Below are positions 8,259-16,099 of a stretch of 46,468 bases of DNA, one piece after another. Made by a program: the position numbers and the translations under genes. Within the stretch, counting starts at the first letter, position 1. The number at the start of each line of letters is the position of its first letter. Source of the stretch: a virus (Duplodnaviria; Caudoviricetes). Below the pieces are notes generated by a model. That model searched no databases. It was given only the letters and a program-made list of their open reading frames with translations, and was not told where the DNA came from. The stretch is from positions 1 through 46,468 of the IMG/VR virus record IMGVR_UViG_3300048576_000586. The stretch is one strand, 5' to 3'.

Positions 8259-8743
8259 AGCCTCTCCTTCTCGCCCTCCTGGCCGTCCTGACCCTCCCCC
8301 TCATCGGCTCGGCCGCTCCCTATCGCGGGCCCTTCGAGTCTCCCTATGCGCCGCATCAAACCGGCCTCTCGATGCGCGACTTCGCCGAGATCGGGGAAGA
8401 GCGCTATGACGTGCCCGCCGAGATCACGATGGCCGTCGCTATCTACGAATCGGGCGGCGATATGAACCACCCTCCGGCCAAGTGCGCCAACGGGACCGAG
8501 GACTACGGCCCCGGCCTCAATTCGCGCTGGCTTCCCTACTTCTCGGAGCGCTTCAACGGCGGCGAGCCTATCGACCCGACTTCGCCCTCGAGCCTTCTCA
8601 TCGTCGCGCAAATTCTCGATTGGAACTACAGCGTCTTTTGGGACTGGGACATGGCGCTCACCGCCTACCGATGGGGACAGACCGGCGCGAAGAAGCACGG
8701 CGTCGACGGCGAGTACGTTAGGCGCGTTAGGGCGTGGATATGA
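8255..8743 (+). CDS. Secreted lytic transglycosylase (SLT)-like protein 1
   Basis: Signal peptide; AVAIYESG catalytic ES motif; DYGPGLN; ALTAYRWG; YVRRV. Confidence 0.75.
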   Translation: MKPLLLALLAVLTLPLIGSAAPYRGPFESPYAPHQTGLSMRDFAEIGEERYDVPAEITMAVAIYESGGDMNHPPAKCANGTEDYGPGLNSRWLPYFSERFNGGEPIDPTSPSSLLIVAQILDWNYSVFWDWDMALTAYRWGQTGAKKHGVDGEYVRRVRAWI

Positions 8744-9408
8744 GCCTTAATATCTCCAAGGGCGACATGTACGACTTCGTGACCCACACCTGGAACACGG
8801 TCAAGGGCGAGTGCCCGCACGGCTGCACCTACTGCTATATGAAGCGATGGGGCAAGCAGCATCCCATCTACTTCGATAAGCGTGAGCTCAAGACCGACCT
8901 GGGCGAGGGGAATTTCGTCTTCGTCGGCTCGAGCTGCGACCTCTTCGCCGAGGCGATCCCGCATGACTGGATCATTAACACGCTTACGAAGTGCAACTGG
9001 TATTCGAATCGCTATCTATTCCAGAGCAAGAACCCCGCGAAGATGAGGGACTATCTCCTGGGCGACTGGCTCGGGAAGGACCGAATCGTCGCATGCACGA
9101 CGATCGAGACGAATCGCTTCTATCCCTGCAAGGGAGCTTCCCCGCCCGCGGAGTCTCGCGCCATCGGCATGGAGCGCCTTTCAGCCTTCCGTCGCTTCGT
9201 CACGATCGAGCCGATCCTCGACTTCGACCTCGCGCCCCTCGTCGAGTTAATCAAGCGCTGCGAGCCCGAGCAGGTCAACATCGGCGCGGACTCAGGCGGG
9301 AACCATCTTCCCGAGCCCTCGGCCGAGAAGGTCCTCGCGCTCATCGACGAGCTCGGGAAGTTCACGACGATCGCGCGGAAGACGAACCTCGCGAGGTTGC
9401 TGAAATGA
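8740..9408 (+). CDS. DUF5131 / Gp37Gp68 radical-SAM-like protein
   Basis: TWNTVKGECPHGCTYCY (CxxxCxxC), FVGSSCDLF, FQSKNP, FVTIEP. Confidence 0.85.
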   Translation: MSLNISKGDMYDFVTHTWNTVKGECPHGCTYCYMKRWGKQHPIYFDKRELKTDLGEGNFVFVGSSCDLFAEAIPHDWIINTLTKCNWYSNRYLFQSKNPAKMRDYLLGDWLGKDRIVACTTIETNRFYPCKGASPPAESRAIGMERLSAFRRFVTIEPILDFDLAPLVELIKRCEPEQVNIGADSGGNHLPEPSAEKVLALIDELGKFTTIARKTNLARLLK

Positions 9409-9617
9409 TCAAGCAATCTTTCTGGCTCATCACCTATGGGCATTCACGCGGACAGGGCGCTTATTGGGTTATGACCCTCAAGGGGACAGTCGACCTCAAG
9501 GAAATACGGGAACAAGCCCGAGCTGATGGAACCGGAGAGATTGCAATCCTTCATGTTTCGCAGATATCGCCGCAGACCTTTCGAGCCTTGCAGAAATCCA
9601 AAGGATCATCTCTATGA
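9405..9617 (+). CDS. Hypothetical protein
   Basis: ATGA coupled on both sides; AT-richer than neighbours. Confidence 0.55.
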   Translation: MIKQSFWLITYGHSRGQGAYWVMTLKGTVDLKEIREQARADGTGEIAILHVSQISPQTFRALQKSKGSSL

Positions 9618-10066
9618 CCCGCCTCCTCGCCCTCCTCCCCCTGCTTCTCCTTCTCGGCTCGGCCGCCTACCGCGGCCCTCTGGCGCCGGCCGCCTATTCC
9701 CGCGACCCGATCCTGCAAGGCCCCGAGGCCGCCGCGCTCAAGACCGGCGCGCCCGAGGCGACCATTCGCGGCTTCCGCTTCGCCGAAAGCTCAGGGAGGC
9801 CGGATCCAGTCCACGCCCTGCCCACGGTCCAAGGGGCCTACGGACTCGACCAGCGATGGCATGCGGAGCGCGAGGCGAAGTACGGCAGCTTCGACGAGCT
9901 CGAGCCCTACGGCGCCGCCTACGTGACCGCCCGGCTCTACCTGGACAACCTCGCGCGCCTGGGGAACGAGGACCAGGCTATCGCCGCGCATTTCCAGGGC
10001 GTCCGGGGAGTGCGGCGGGACGGGGTGTGCGCGGAGTATGTGGAGAGAGTGAGGACGGGGATATGA
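9614..10066 (+). CDS. Secreted SLT-like protein 2
   Basis: Signal peptide; FAESSG; QGAYGL; AIAAHFQG; EYVERV; paralogous to 8255..8743. Confidence 0.65.
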   Translation: MTRLLALLPLLLLLGSAAYRGPLAPAAYSRDPILQGPEAAALKTGAPEATIRGFRFAESSGRPDPVHALPTVQGAYGLDQRWHAEREAKYGSFDELEPYGAAYVTARLYLDNLARLGNEDQAIAAHFQGVRGVRRDGVCAEYVERVRTGI

Positions 10067-10557
10067 CCGCGCGCGACATCGAGATCACCGTGGCCGAGTA
10101 TTTCGACTATCGCCGTAATCTCATTGTGCCCAACGTGTATTGGGGGATGGGCCTCAACCACGAGGCCGATATCCTCCTGCTGTCCAAGGCTGGCTATGCC
10201 ACGGAGATCGAGATCAAGGTCTCAAGGGCCGACCTCGTCCGCGATGCCAGCAAGCACCACGGCCACGAGAGCGACATCATCAAGGCCTTTTGGTTCGCGG
10301 TCCCGGCACCGCTCTCTGTTTTCGCCCTCGACTTCATCCCTGCGGAGGCGGGCCTTCTTTCCGTCTTCGAACGCCCGCGCCGCGGCGCCCCAGGCTACAG
10401 GCGCGAGGCCAAGATGGAGCGAGCACCGAAGCTGAGGCAGCGCTCGCGCAAGTTCACGGAATCGGAACGCGAGCAGCTCGCCCGCCTTGCGGCCATGCGG
10501 TATTGGGACCGCCGCGCCGATCCCGTCGAGTCCGTCATGGACAGGATCGCGATATGA
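10063..10557 (+). CDS. PD-(D/E)XK nuclease-like protein (MmcB-like)
   Basis: EADILLL...EIEIKVSRADLVRD...FWFAVP...IPAEAGL. Confidence 0.75.
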   Translation: MTARDIEITVAEYFDYRRNLIVPNVYWGMGLNHEADILLLSKAGYATEIEIKVSRADLVRDASKHHGHESDIIKAFWFAVPAPLSVFALDFIPAEAGLLSVFERPRRGAPGYRREAKMERAPKLRQRSRKFTESEREQLARLAAMRYWDRRADPVESVMDRIAI

Positions 10558-10823
10558 CCGACCCCTCCAAGCTCGCAAAGCGCAAGAGCGCTGGATCGAA
10601 GGCCAGAGCCGTCCGCGAGAAGATGGACAAGCTCAGGGCGGAGCGACTAGCCGAGGGCGCTCCACGAGGGCCGGAGCTCTTCGAGCTTTGCGCTCAGTGC
10701 GGCCGACCTCTCGCGCATTGGTTCTGGAGGCCCGTACAAGGAGCGCCGACGCTCAGGCTCGAGAAGATATGCGCGGATTGCTCGGGCGTGAAGGCGGAGA
10801 GACCGAAGGAGTGCAGGCTGTGA
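10554..10823 (+). CDS. Small Zn-finger protein
   Basis: CAQC...CADC; basic N-terminus. Confidence 0.6.
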   Translation: MTDPSKLAKRKSAGSKARAVREKMDKLRAERLAEGAPRGPELFELCAQCGRPLAHWFWRPVQGAPTLRLEKICADCSGVKAERPKECRL

Positions 10824-11110
10824 AGCTATTCGGCTATGAAATTCGCCGAGCCTCTCCGAAGTGGGCCCGACAGCGAGACCTCTTTTTCAAGTGCCCAAAA
10901 TGCGGCGATTTCGTAAAGCTCCGACGCCTCGAGAACGGCGACACCCTGCTCACCGTGCTATACGGAATCAACAAGATCGAGCGCATCGAGCTTAGCTGCA
11001 AATGTGGCGGAATGATTCTCCTCTGCTCGGAGGAATACGCGGTCGAAGCCAAGGGGCCAGTCGACTGGAAGCGGCTGATACAGCGAGCGCTTGAGGGCGC
11101 GAAGTCATGA
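10820..11110 (+). CDS. Zn-ribbon protein, paralogue 2
   Basis: GTG at 10820; same length and motifs as 7968..8258. Confidence 0.75.
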   Translation: MKLFGYEIRRASPKWARQRDLFFKCPKCGDFVKLRRLENGDTLLTVLYGINKIERIELSCKCGGMILLCSEEYAVEAKGPVDWKRLIQRALEGAKS

Positions 11111-11313
11111 CCGGCTCCGACCTCCCCGCCGCCGCCCTGGCCTCCGACCTCCTCGTCGCCGAGGCGCGGAAACACGCCATGCTCGGCCCTGACCAGGGAT
11201 CCGGGCTCGCGATGATCACCCTCAAGGTCTGCGAGGAGCTGATCGTCTACCGGGACATAGCGCTACGGCTCGAGGGGATGCTCCACGAGATCGTGAAGGA
11301 CGCGGAGATATGA
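11107..11313 (+). CDS. Hypothetical protein
   Basis: ATGA coupled on both sides. Confidence 0.55.
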   Translation: MTGSDLPAAALASDLLVAEARKHAMLGPDQGSGLAMITLKVCEELIVYRDIALRLEGMLHEIVKDAEI

Positions 11314-12887
11314 ACCTTCGCCGTCATCAAGCCGAGACCGTCCGCATAGCCGACCGTATAGCCGCAGGCGAGGACATCCGCGAGATCTTCGAGTCCGTCA
11401 CGCCTGGCGGCGGCAAGAGCGCCCTCCCTGGGATACTTGCCGACCGCCTCATGCCCGAGATCGCCGACCGCCTGCTTTGGGTCGTACCCCGGAACACCCT
11501 GCGCGAGCAGGGAGAGAGTGACTTCCCCGAGTGGTCCCATTACCGCATCCGCGCGGCGGGGAATGAGGCCGATCCGTGCCGAGGGACGCAAGGCTATGTC
11601 ACGACCTACCAGGCGATCGTCGCGGACCCTGCCCGGCATCTCGACACCTTCTCCCGCGGCCGCTGGATCCTCTTCCTCGACGAGCCCCATCATCGCCTAG
11701 CCGGCGGCCCATGGGATACGTCCATCGCGCCCCTCGTCGAGCGCTCGAGCCTCGTCGTCTACGCCTCCGGGACCTTCGCCCGTGGCGACGGCCAACCGAT
11801 CGCCGGACTCGAGTACGACGGCGAAGGCCTGCCCGTCTTCGAGGGGCCCGGCCGCGCCTGCGTCCGCTACTCCCGAACCGACGCCCTCCGCGAGGGCGCT
11901 ATCGTCCCGGTCCACTTCCGCCACCTGGACGGCCAAGCGCAGTGGGAGGACACCGAGGGCGCGGTCCATTCGGCCGAGAGCCTGGCCGGCGGCGACTACG
12001 CCTCGGACGCCCTCTTCACCGCGCTCAGGACCGGCTACGCCCTCGAGCTGCTCGATGAGACCGTGGCGGACTGGCTCGAGTACCGGCGCATAGTCTACCC
12101 CGCGGGAAAGCTCCTCGTCGTCGCGCCGAACATCGACGTAGCCCGGACCTACCTCGAGCACCTACGGAAGCGCGGCCTCGATGCCCTCCTTGCGACCTCC
12201 GACGACTCCCCGGCCGCCGCCGAGGCGATCGCCCGCTTCAAAGGCCGGGCCTTGCCGACGGCCGACATCCTCGTGACCGTGGCTATGGCCTACGAAGGGA
12301 TGAGCGTCCCCGCCGTCTCCCATATCGCCTGCCTGACCCATATCCGCTCCGTGCCCTGGCTCGAGCAGTGCTTCGCCCGCGGCAACCGCACGGCGCCCGG
12401 CAAGCGCGAGGCCTTTATCTTCGCCCCCGCCGATGCCCGAATTCGCGACGCTATAGCCGCGATCGAGGCTGAGCAGGTCCTCGCCCTTGCGCCTGCGCCA
12501 GAGGGCCAGGAAGGCGGGAGCGAGGAAGGTTCCGAGGGAGGAGGAGGCGGCGGGCGCGAGCGCATCAAGCCGATCGGGAGCGCGGCCTATCGGGAAGGGC
12601 CCTCTCTCTTCGATGCCCCTCCTCCGGCGCCGGCGCCTACGCCCAGACGGCGGCCTCGGGCCGAAGGCGGCCTCGGGCCGAAGGCGGCCGAGAAGCTCCT
12701 CCGGAAGCAGATCGCCGACCACATCGGCATAGTCATCGGGCGCAAGCGGCCCGGCTCGAAGGGCCCCTTCGAGAAGATCCTCATGCGGAAGCTCAAGGAG
12801 TTGGTAGGGGGGAAGGGCCGCGCGGAGTGCTCGACGGACGAGCTCGCGCGGCAGTGGGCGTGGCTGAAGGAGAACTATCCGGTATGA
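11310..12887 (+). CDS. Superfamily 2 DExH helicase
   Basis: Q-motif LRRHQ, Walker A TPGGGKS, LDEPHH, SGT, VAMAYEG, EQCFARGNR. Confidence 0.88.
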   Translation: MNLRRHQAETVRIADRIAAGEDIREIFESVTPGGGKSALPGILADRLMPEIADRLLWVVPRNTLREQGESDFPEWSHYRIRAAGNEADPCRGTQGYVTTYQAIVADPARHLDTFSRGRWILFLDEPHHRLAGGPWDTSIAPLVERSSLVVYASGTFARGDGQPIAGLEYDGEGLPVFEGPGRACVRYSRTDALREGAIVPVHFRHLDGQAQWEDTEGAVHSAESLAGGDYASDALFTALRTGYALELLDETVADWLEYRRIVYPAGKLLVVAPNIDVARTYLEHLRKRGLDALLATSDDSPAAAEAIARFKGRALPTADILVTVAMAYEGMSVPAVSHIACLTHIRSVPWLEQCFARGNRTAPGKREAFIFAPADARIRDAIAAIEAEQVLALAPAPEGQEGGSEEGSEGGGGGGRERIKPIGSAAYREGPSLFDAPPPAPAPTPRRRPRAEGGLGPKAAEKLLRKQIADHIGIVIGRKRPGSKGPFEKILMRKLKELVGGKGRAECSTDELARQWAWLKENYPV

Positions 12888-12892
12888 AGGGG

Positions 12893-13054
12893 CTAGTAGT
12901 TCTCAGGCGGCTGATATTCGGGCTTCTCACTCCGGATGTCGTTGAGCATCAGTTCTTTCAGTTCGCCCGTACGGCTGCGGTTGTGCTTCTTGGCGATCTT
13001 GTCGAATTCGGCAAGGAATTCTTCGTCAGTCCGGAAATTAACCATCTTTTCCAC
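12893..13054 (-). CDS. Ribbon-helix-helix (Arc/CopG-like) regulator (53 aa, not in ORF track)
   Basis: MEKMVNFRTDEEFLAEFDKIAKKHNRSRTGELKELML is an RHH pattern; minus-strand TTGCTA-17-TAAAAT directly upstream. Confidence 0.8.
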   Translation of the reverse strand: MEKMVNFRTDEEFLAEFDKIAKKHNRSRTGELKELMLNDIRSEKPEYQPPENY

Positions 13055-13060
13055 ACCCCC

Positions 13061-13176
13061 ATTTTATCCGTAAAGCGCGGATATAGCAAGATAATACAAG
13101 GCTTTACTTAATAAAGCAAGGGTAAAGCATGGGTAAATCTTTGCTATTGACATTCTGTAAAGCATAGATAAATAAT
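13061..13176. promoter_or_regulatory. Divergent promoters with a TAAAGC operator array
   Basis: Plus strand TTGACA 13147-13152 and AATAAT 13171-13176; minus strand TTGCTA 13089-13084 and TAAAAT 13066-13061; TAAAGC-like hexamers at 13071, 13082, 13101 (inverted), 13112, 13123, 13134, 13158. Confidence 0.7.
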
Positions 13177-13208
13177 AGTAATACACAGAGTCAAGGAGGA
13201 ATGAAGCC

Positions 13209-13508
13209 ATGTCCGACGCAATCGCCTGCGCCGCTCCCACCCCGGCCTCGAAGCCGGTTCTGGTTTACTGCTACTCCACGCGGGATGCCGCCCTCGAGCT
13301 CCTGCGCTCGCCCAGGCGCCGCCAGCAGCTTCTCGACGCGTGCTGGGAGGAGGGCCCCCTCCAGGCCTACTCCGCGCTCATCCGCGAAGCTAACGCCGCG
13401 CTCCCGCCCGTCTACGAGGGCGTCGTCGCCGAGATGATCACGCGCGCGCAGAGCCTCAAGCCGGCCAACCGCCGACGCGACCTCCGGCAGGGAAGGCGAA
13501 TCCGATGA
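13209..13508 (+). CDS. Hypothetical protein, first gene of the second early operon
   Basis: AAGGAGG RBS; coupled to the next gene. Confidence 0.65.
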   Translation: MSDAIACAAPTPASKPVLVYCYSTRDAALELLRSPRRRQQLLDACWEEGPLQAYSALIREANAALPPVYEGVVAEMITRAQSLKPANRRRDLRQGRRIR

Positions 13509-14320
13509 TCGCCGACGACAACACGACCGACATCGAAGTCCGACTCGATGTGCCCGCGATCTATCAGCGCAAGCTCAAGATGCTCTCGGACCTCCACGCC
13601 CTCGAGGCCATAGGCGAGAAGCTGCAGAAGGAATTCGAGGAGCTCCGCGGATACTCCCCGCTCGAGGCCCATCAGACCCATAACATGGAATACGGCGTCT
13701 CCCTCGAGAAGTACGTCGATCGCACCTGCTGGAAGTACCTCGTCTCGCTCTTCCGCCTCGAGGCGTACATGCTCTGCACCGACTACGCGAAGATGATGAA
13801 GGAGATCGACGAGTACCGGACGCCTGTCTTCACCATCGAGAACGCGGAGGGCTGGCTCGCCGGCCTCAAGGCGCTCATCCACGACAACATGAAAACCCTC
13901 GTCAAGAAGGTCTTCGCCGAGATCACGACCGAGACCTATCAGACGGGCTCGGGATACAACGGGCCCAGGAAGAAGCGCAACAACAACGGCGTCGACAAGA
14001 ACTTCATCCTCGGGACGGGAGACTGGCAAGACGTCTTCGGCTGGTACTCCGATCGTCCGACGACGACCGATGACCTCGAGAAGGTCTGCTATATCCTCGC
14101 CGGGCAAGAGCTCCCCGAGGAGACCGCGAAGACGATCATGCGCAAGACGAAGAGCGAGACCTACTCGTGCGAGTGGTTTAGCTTGAAGCTCTGCAAGAAC
14201 GGGAATACCCACTACACCCTCTCCGACGACGTGCGGGAGAAGCTCAACCGCTACGGCCCCGAGGGCGCCATCATCGGCGAAAACATCAAGATCAAGATCG
14301 TCGAAAGGTGGAGCGCATGA
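13505..14320 (+). CDS. DUF4942-like protein
   Basis: VDRTCWKYL...PVFTIENA...DDLEKV...FSLKLCKNGNTHY. Confidence 0.65.
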   Translation: MIADDNTTDIEVRLDVPAIYQRKLKMLSDLHALEAIGEKLQKEFEELRGYSPLEAHQTHNMEYGVSLEKYVDRTCWKYLVSLFRLEAYMLCTDYAKMMKEIDEYRTPVFTIENAEGWLAGLKALIHDNMKTLVKKVFAEITTETYQTGSGYNGPRKKRNNNGVDKNFILGTGDWQDVFGWYSDRPTTTDDLEKVCYILAGQELPEETAKTIMRKTKSETYSCEWFSLKLCKNGNTHYTLSDDVREKLNRYGPEGAIIGENIKIKIVERWSA

Positions 14321-14724
14321 GCGCCCAGTTCGACCTCTTCGCCGACCTCCCGCCGCCGGCCGCGCCCGCCGTTCGCGAGCCCACCGAGGACGAGATTACG
14401 GCGGCGATCGAGCAGACGCGTGACGACGACGGACTCGACCTTCCTCGCGACTACGTGCGCGACATGCTCGCCGGTCGCGACCCGACCGACCCCGCCGAGA
14501 GGACCTGCGCGCATACCTGCGGCGAGTGCGTGAGCTTCAAGCCGACCAAGTTCCGCCGTCACGTTGGCGTCGGCTTCTTCTGCGCCGAGTCCTACGACGA
14601 CGCGCGCCGCGACGCTCCCGCCTGCGATACCAATTTCAAGCTGCGCGTCGGGCCCTGCGAAGACTGCGGGCCCGTCTGCGAAGGCTGGCCCTGCGCGAAC
14701 GCGGACCCGAAGGAGGCTGTATGA
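14317..14724 (+). CDS. Cys-rich protein with N-terminal QFDLF motif
   Basis: ATG at 14317; multiple CxxC motifs. Confidence 0.6.
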   Translation: MSAQFDLFADLPPPAAPAVREPTEDEITAAIEQTRDDDGLDLPRDYVRDMLAGRDPTDPAERTCAHTCGECVSFKPTKFRRHVGVGFFCAESYDDARRDAPACDTNFKLRVGPCEDCGPVCEGWPCANADPKEAV

Positions 14725-14888
14725 AGGGCAGAGTGTTAAAACCTGGAGCCGAGTTTCTCTCGGACCTGGAATTTAATTCGCTCGAAGAGCTCATTGCCTA
14801 TTCCACGGATCACCCGCGCGACATCGTCGCCCCCGCCGATGATCCCACTCATCCCTACGTAGGAGGTCATTTAGCCAGTCGTAGCTAG
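14721..14888 (+). CDS. Small hypothetical protein
   Basis: AAGGAGG RBS, ATGA overlap. Confidence 0.5.
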   Translation: MKGRVLKPGAEFLSDLEFNSLEELIAYSTDHPRDIVAPADDPTHPYVGGHLASRS

Positions 14889-14891
14889 GAC

Positions 14892-15000
14892 GAGGGACCC
14901 CCGGAGGCTATTCGCCAGTCTCCGGGGTTCCCTCCTGACCCCTTGCCGGGCGGGGGAGGCGAGCGCCGCACCTCCACGGCGACCTCCGCCCGGCTTTATT
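14892..15000 (+). promoter_or_regulatory. Two-hairpin leader / attenuator before the recombination genes
   Basis: Stem 14892-14934 with loop ATTCGCC; stem GCCGGGCGGGGG...CCTCCGCCCGGC (14945-14994) followed by TTTATT. Confidence 0.5.
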
Positions 15001-15018
15001 CAGTCCAGGAGGACCGAT

Positions 15019-16089
15019 ATGGATAACAAGAACGCTCTCTCTATCATCGAATCCGCCAAGAAGGGCGGCGCTCTGGCCTTCGTCGGACAGGGCATCAGCG
15101 AGACCGTGCCGCTTTACAAGCTCGAGCCGACGCAGATCGAAGTAAAGCGCGAGAACTTCCACGACCTACAAGGGAAGCTCGTCATGAAGAAAGAGGTCTG
15201 CGACCGCGTAGCCGACGCCGCCGGGATCTCGTTCATCGATGCCCATGTCGAGTCGATAAACGCGCCCGCGGAGCCCGCGCTCGACCTACCCGCGCGAACT
15301 ATCTTCATCGGCCACGCCCAGGGCAAGACGCGGCTTCCCGACGGCTCCTGGCGCGAATCCGCCCCCGAGACCTATGAGTTCGACTACGTCGCTAAGGCTA
15401 CCGCCGAGGCCGGAGTCGACCAGGCCAAGGCCAAGAAGAAGATGATGGAATACTACAAGGCCGGCCCTATGCGCGCCGCGACCGGCGCCCGGCTGCGCGT
15501 CATTCGCCAGCTCACCGGTATGCCGACCGCCTTCGAGGCGGGCGAGATCGGCCAGAGCAAGACGTTCGTCTTCTCCCGCATCGTCCAGAACACCGACTAC
15601 ATCCTTTCAACCCCTGAGGGCAAGATGATGGCGATCGCCATGGCGACGGGCGCGGCCGCACAGCTCTACGGCAATAAGCCCGAAGCCAAGGCGCCGGCGC
15701 CCGCCCCCCAGGGCGACCCCGCTGAGAGCGCCCGGCCCGCAGAAGGGCAGCGGACCTCGGCGGCCGGCTCCGAATTCCCGGACGACGACTTCGAGCTCGA
15801 GGGCGGCGCCGGTCCGGCGGTCACCCCCGAGCTCGAGAAGATCCTAGTCACCCTCAACGAGTGGGCGAATGCCTCCGACGAGCGAGTCGCCAAGCGCGCC
15901 CGCGCGATCCTGGACAAGGGCGTAACCGACATAAAAACCCTCACGCTCGCCCTCGAGATCATCAAGTACATGGGCTCGGGCGCCTCCAAGGGCCTCAAGA
16001 CCTGCGCCGAGGCGCTCGACGCCCCTGTCCTCGACGCGATCGTCCTCGAGCCCGTCTGCAAGATGATCCGCGCCGCGGCAACGGCATAA
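15019..16089 (+). CDS. Putative single-strand annealing protein (Rad52-superfamily-like)
   Basis: DRVADAAGISF...PDGSWR...RAATGARLRVIRQLTG resembles SSAP cores; disordered acidic linker; immediately upstream of the nuclease. Confidence 0.5.
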   Translation: MDNKNALSIIESAKKGGALAFVGQGISETVPLYKLEPTQIEVKRENFHDLQGKLVMKKEVCDRVADAAGISFIDAHVESINAPAEPALDLPARTIFIGHAQGKTRLPDGSWRESAPETYEFDYVAKATAEAGVDQAKAKKKMMEYYKAGPMRAATGARLRVIRQLTGMPTAFEAGEIGQSKTFVFSRIVQNTDYILSTPEGKMMAIAMATGAAAQLYGNKPEAKAPAPAPQGDPAESARPAEGQRTSAAGSEFPDDDFELEGGAGPAVTPELEKILVTLNEWANASDERVAKRARAILDKGVTDIKTLTLALEIIKYMGSGASKGLKTCAEALDAPVLDAIVLEPVCKMIRAAATA

Positions 16090-16099
16090 GGAGAAAGCA

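Noticed and set aside
8740-9408. DUF5131 as part of a three-Cys-motif-partner or DNA modification system
   Set aside because: No partner gene or methyltransferase recognised nearby
12827-13111. Plus-strand 94-aa ORF
   Set aside because: Shadow of the minus-strand RHH gene, and it runs through the promoter region
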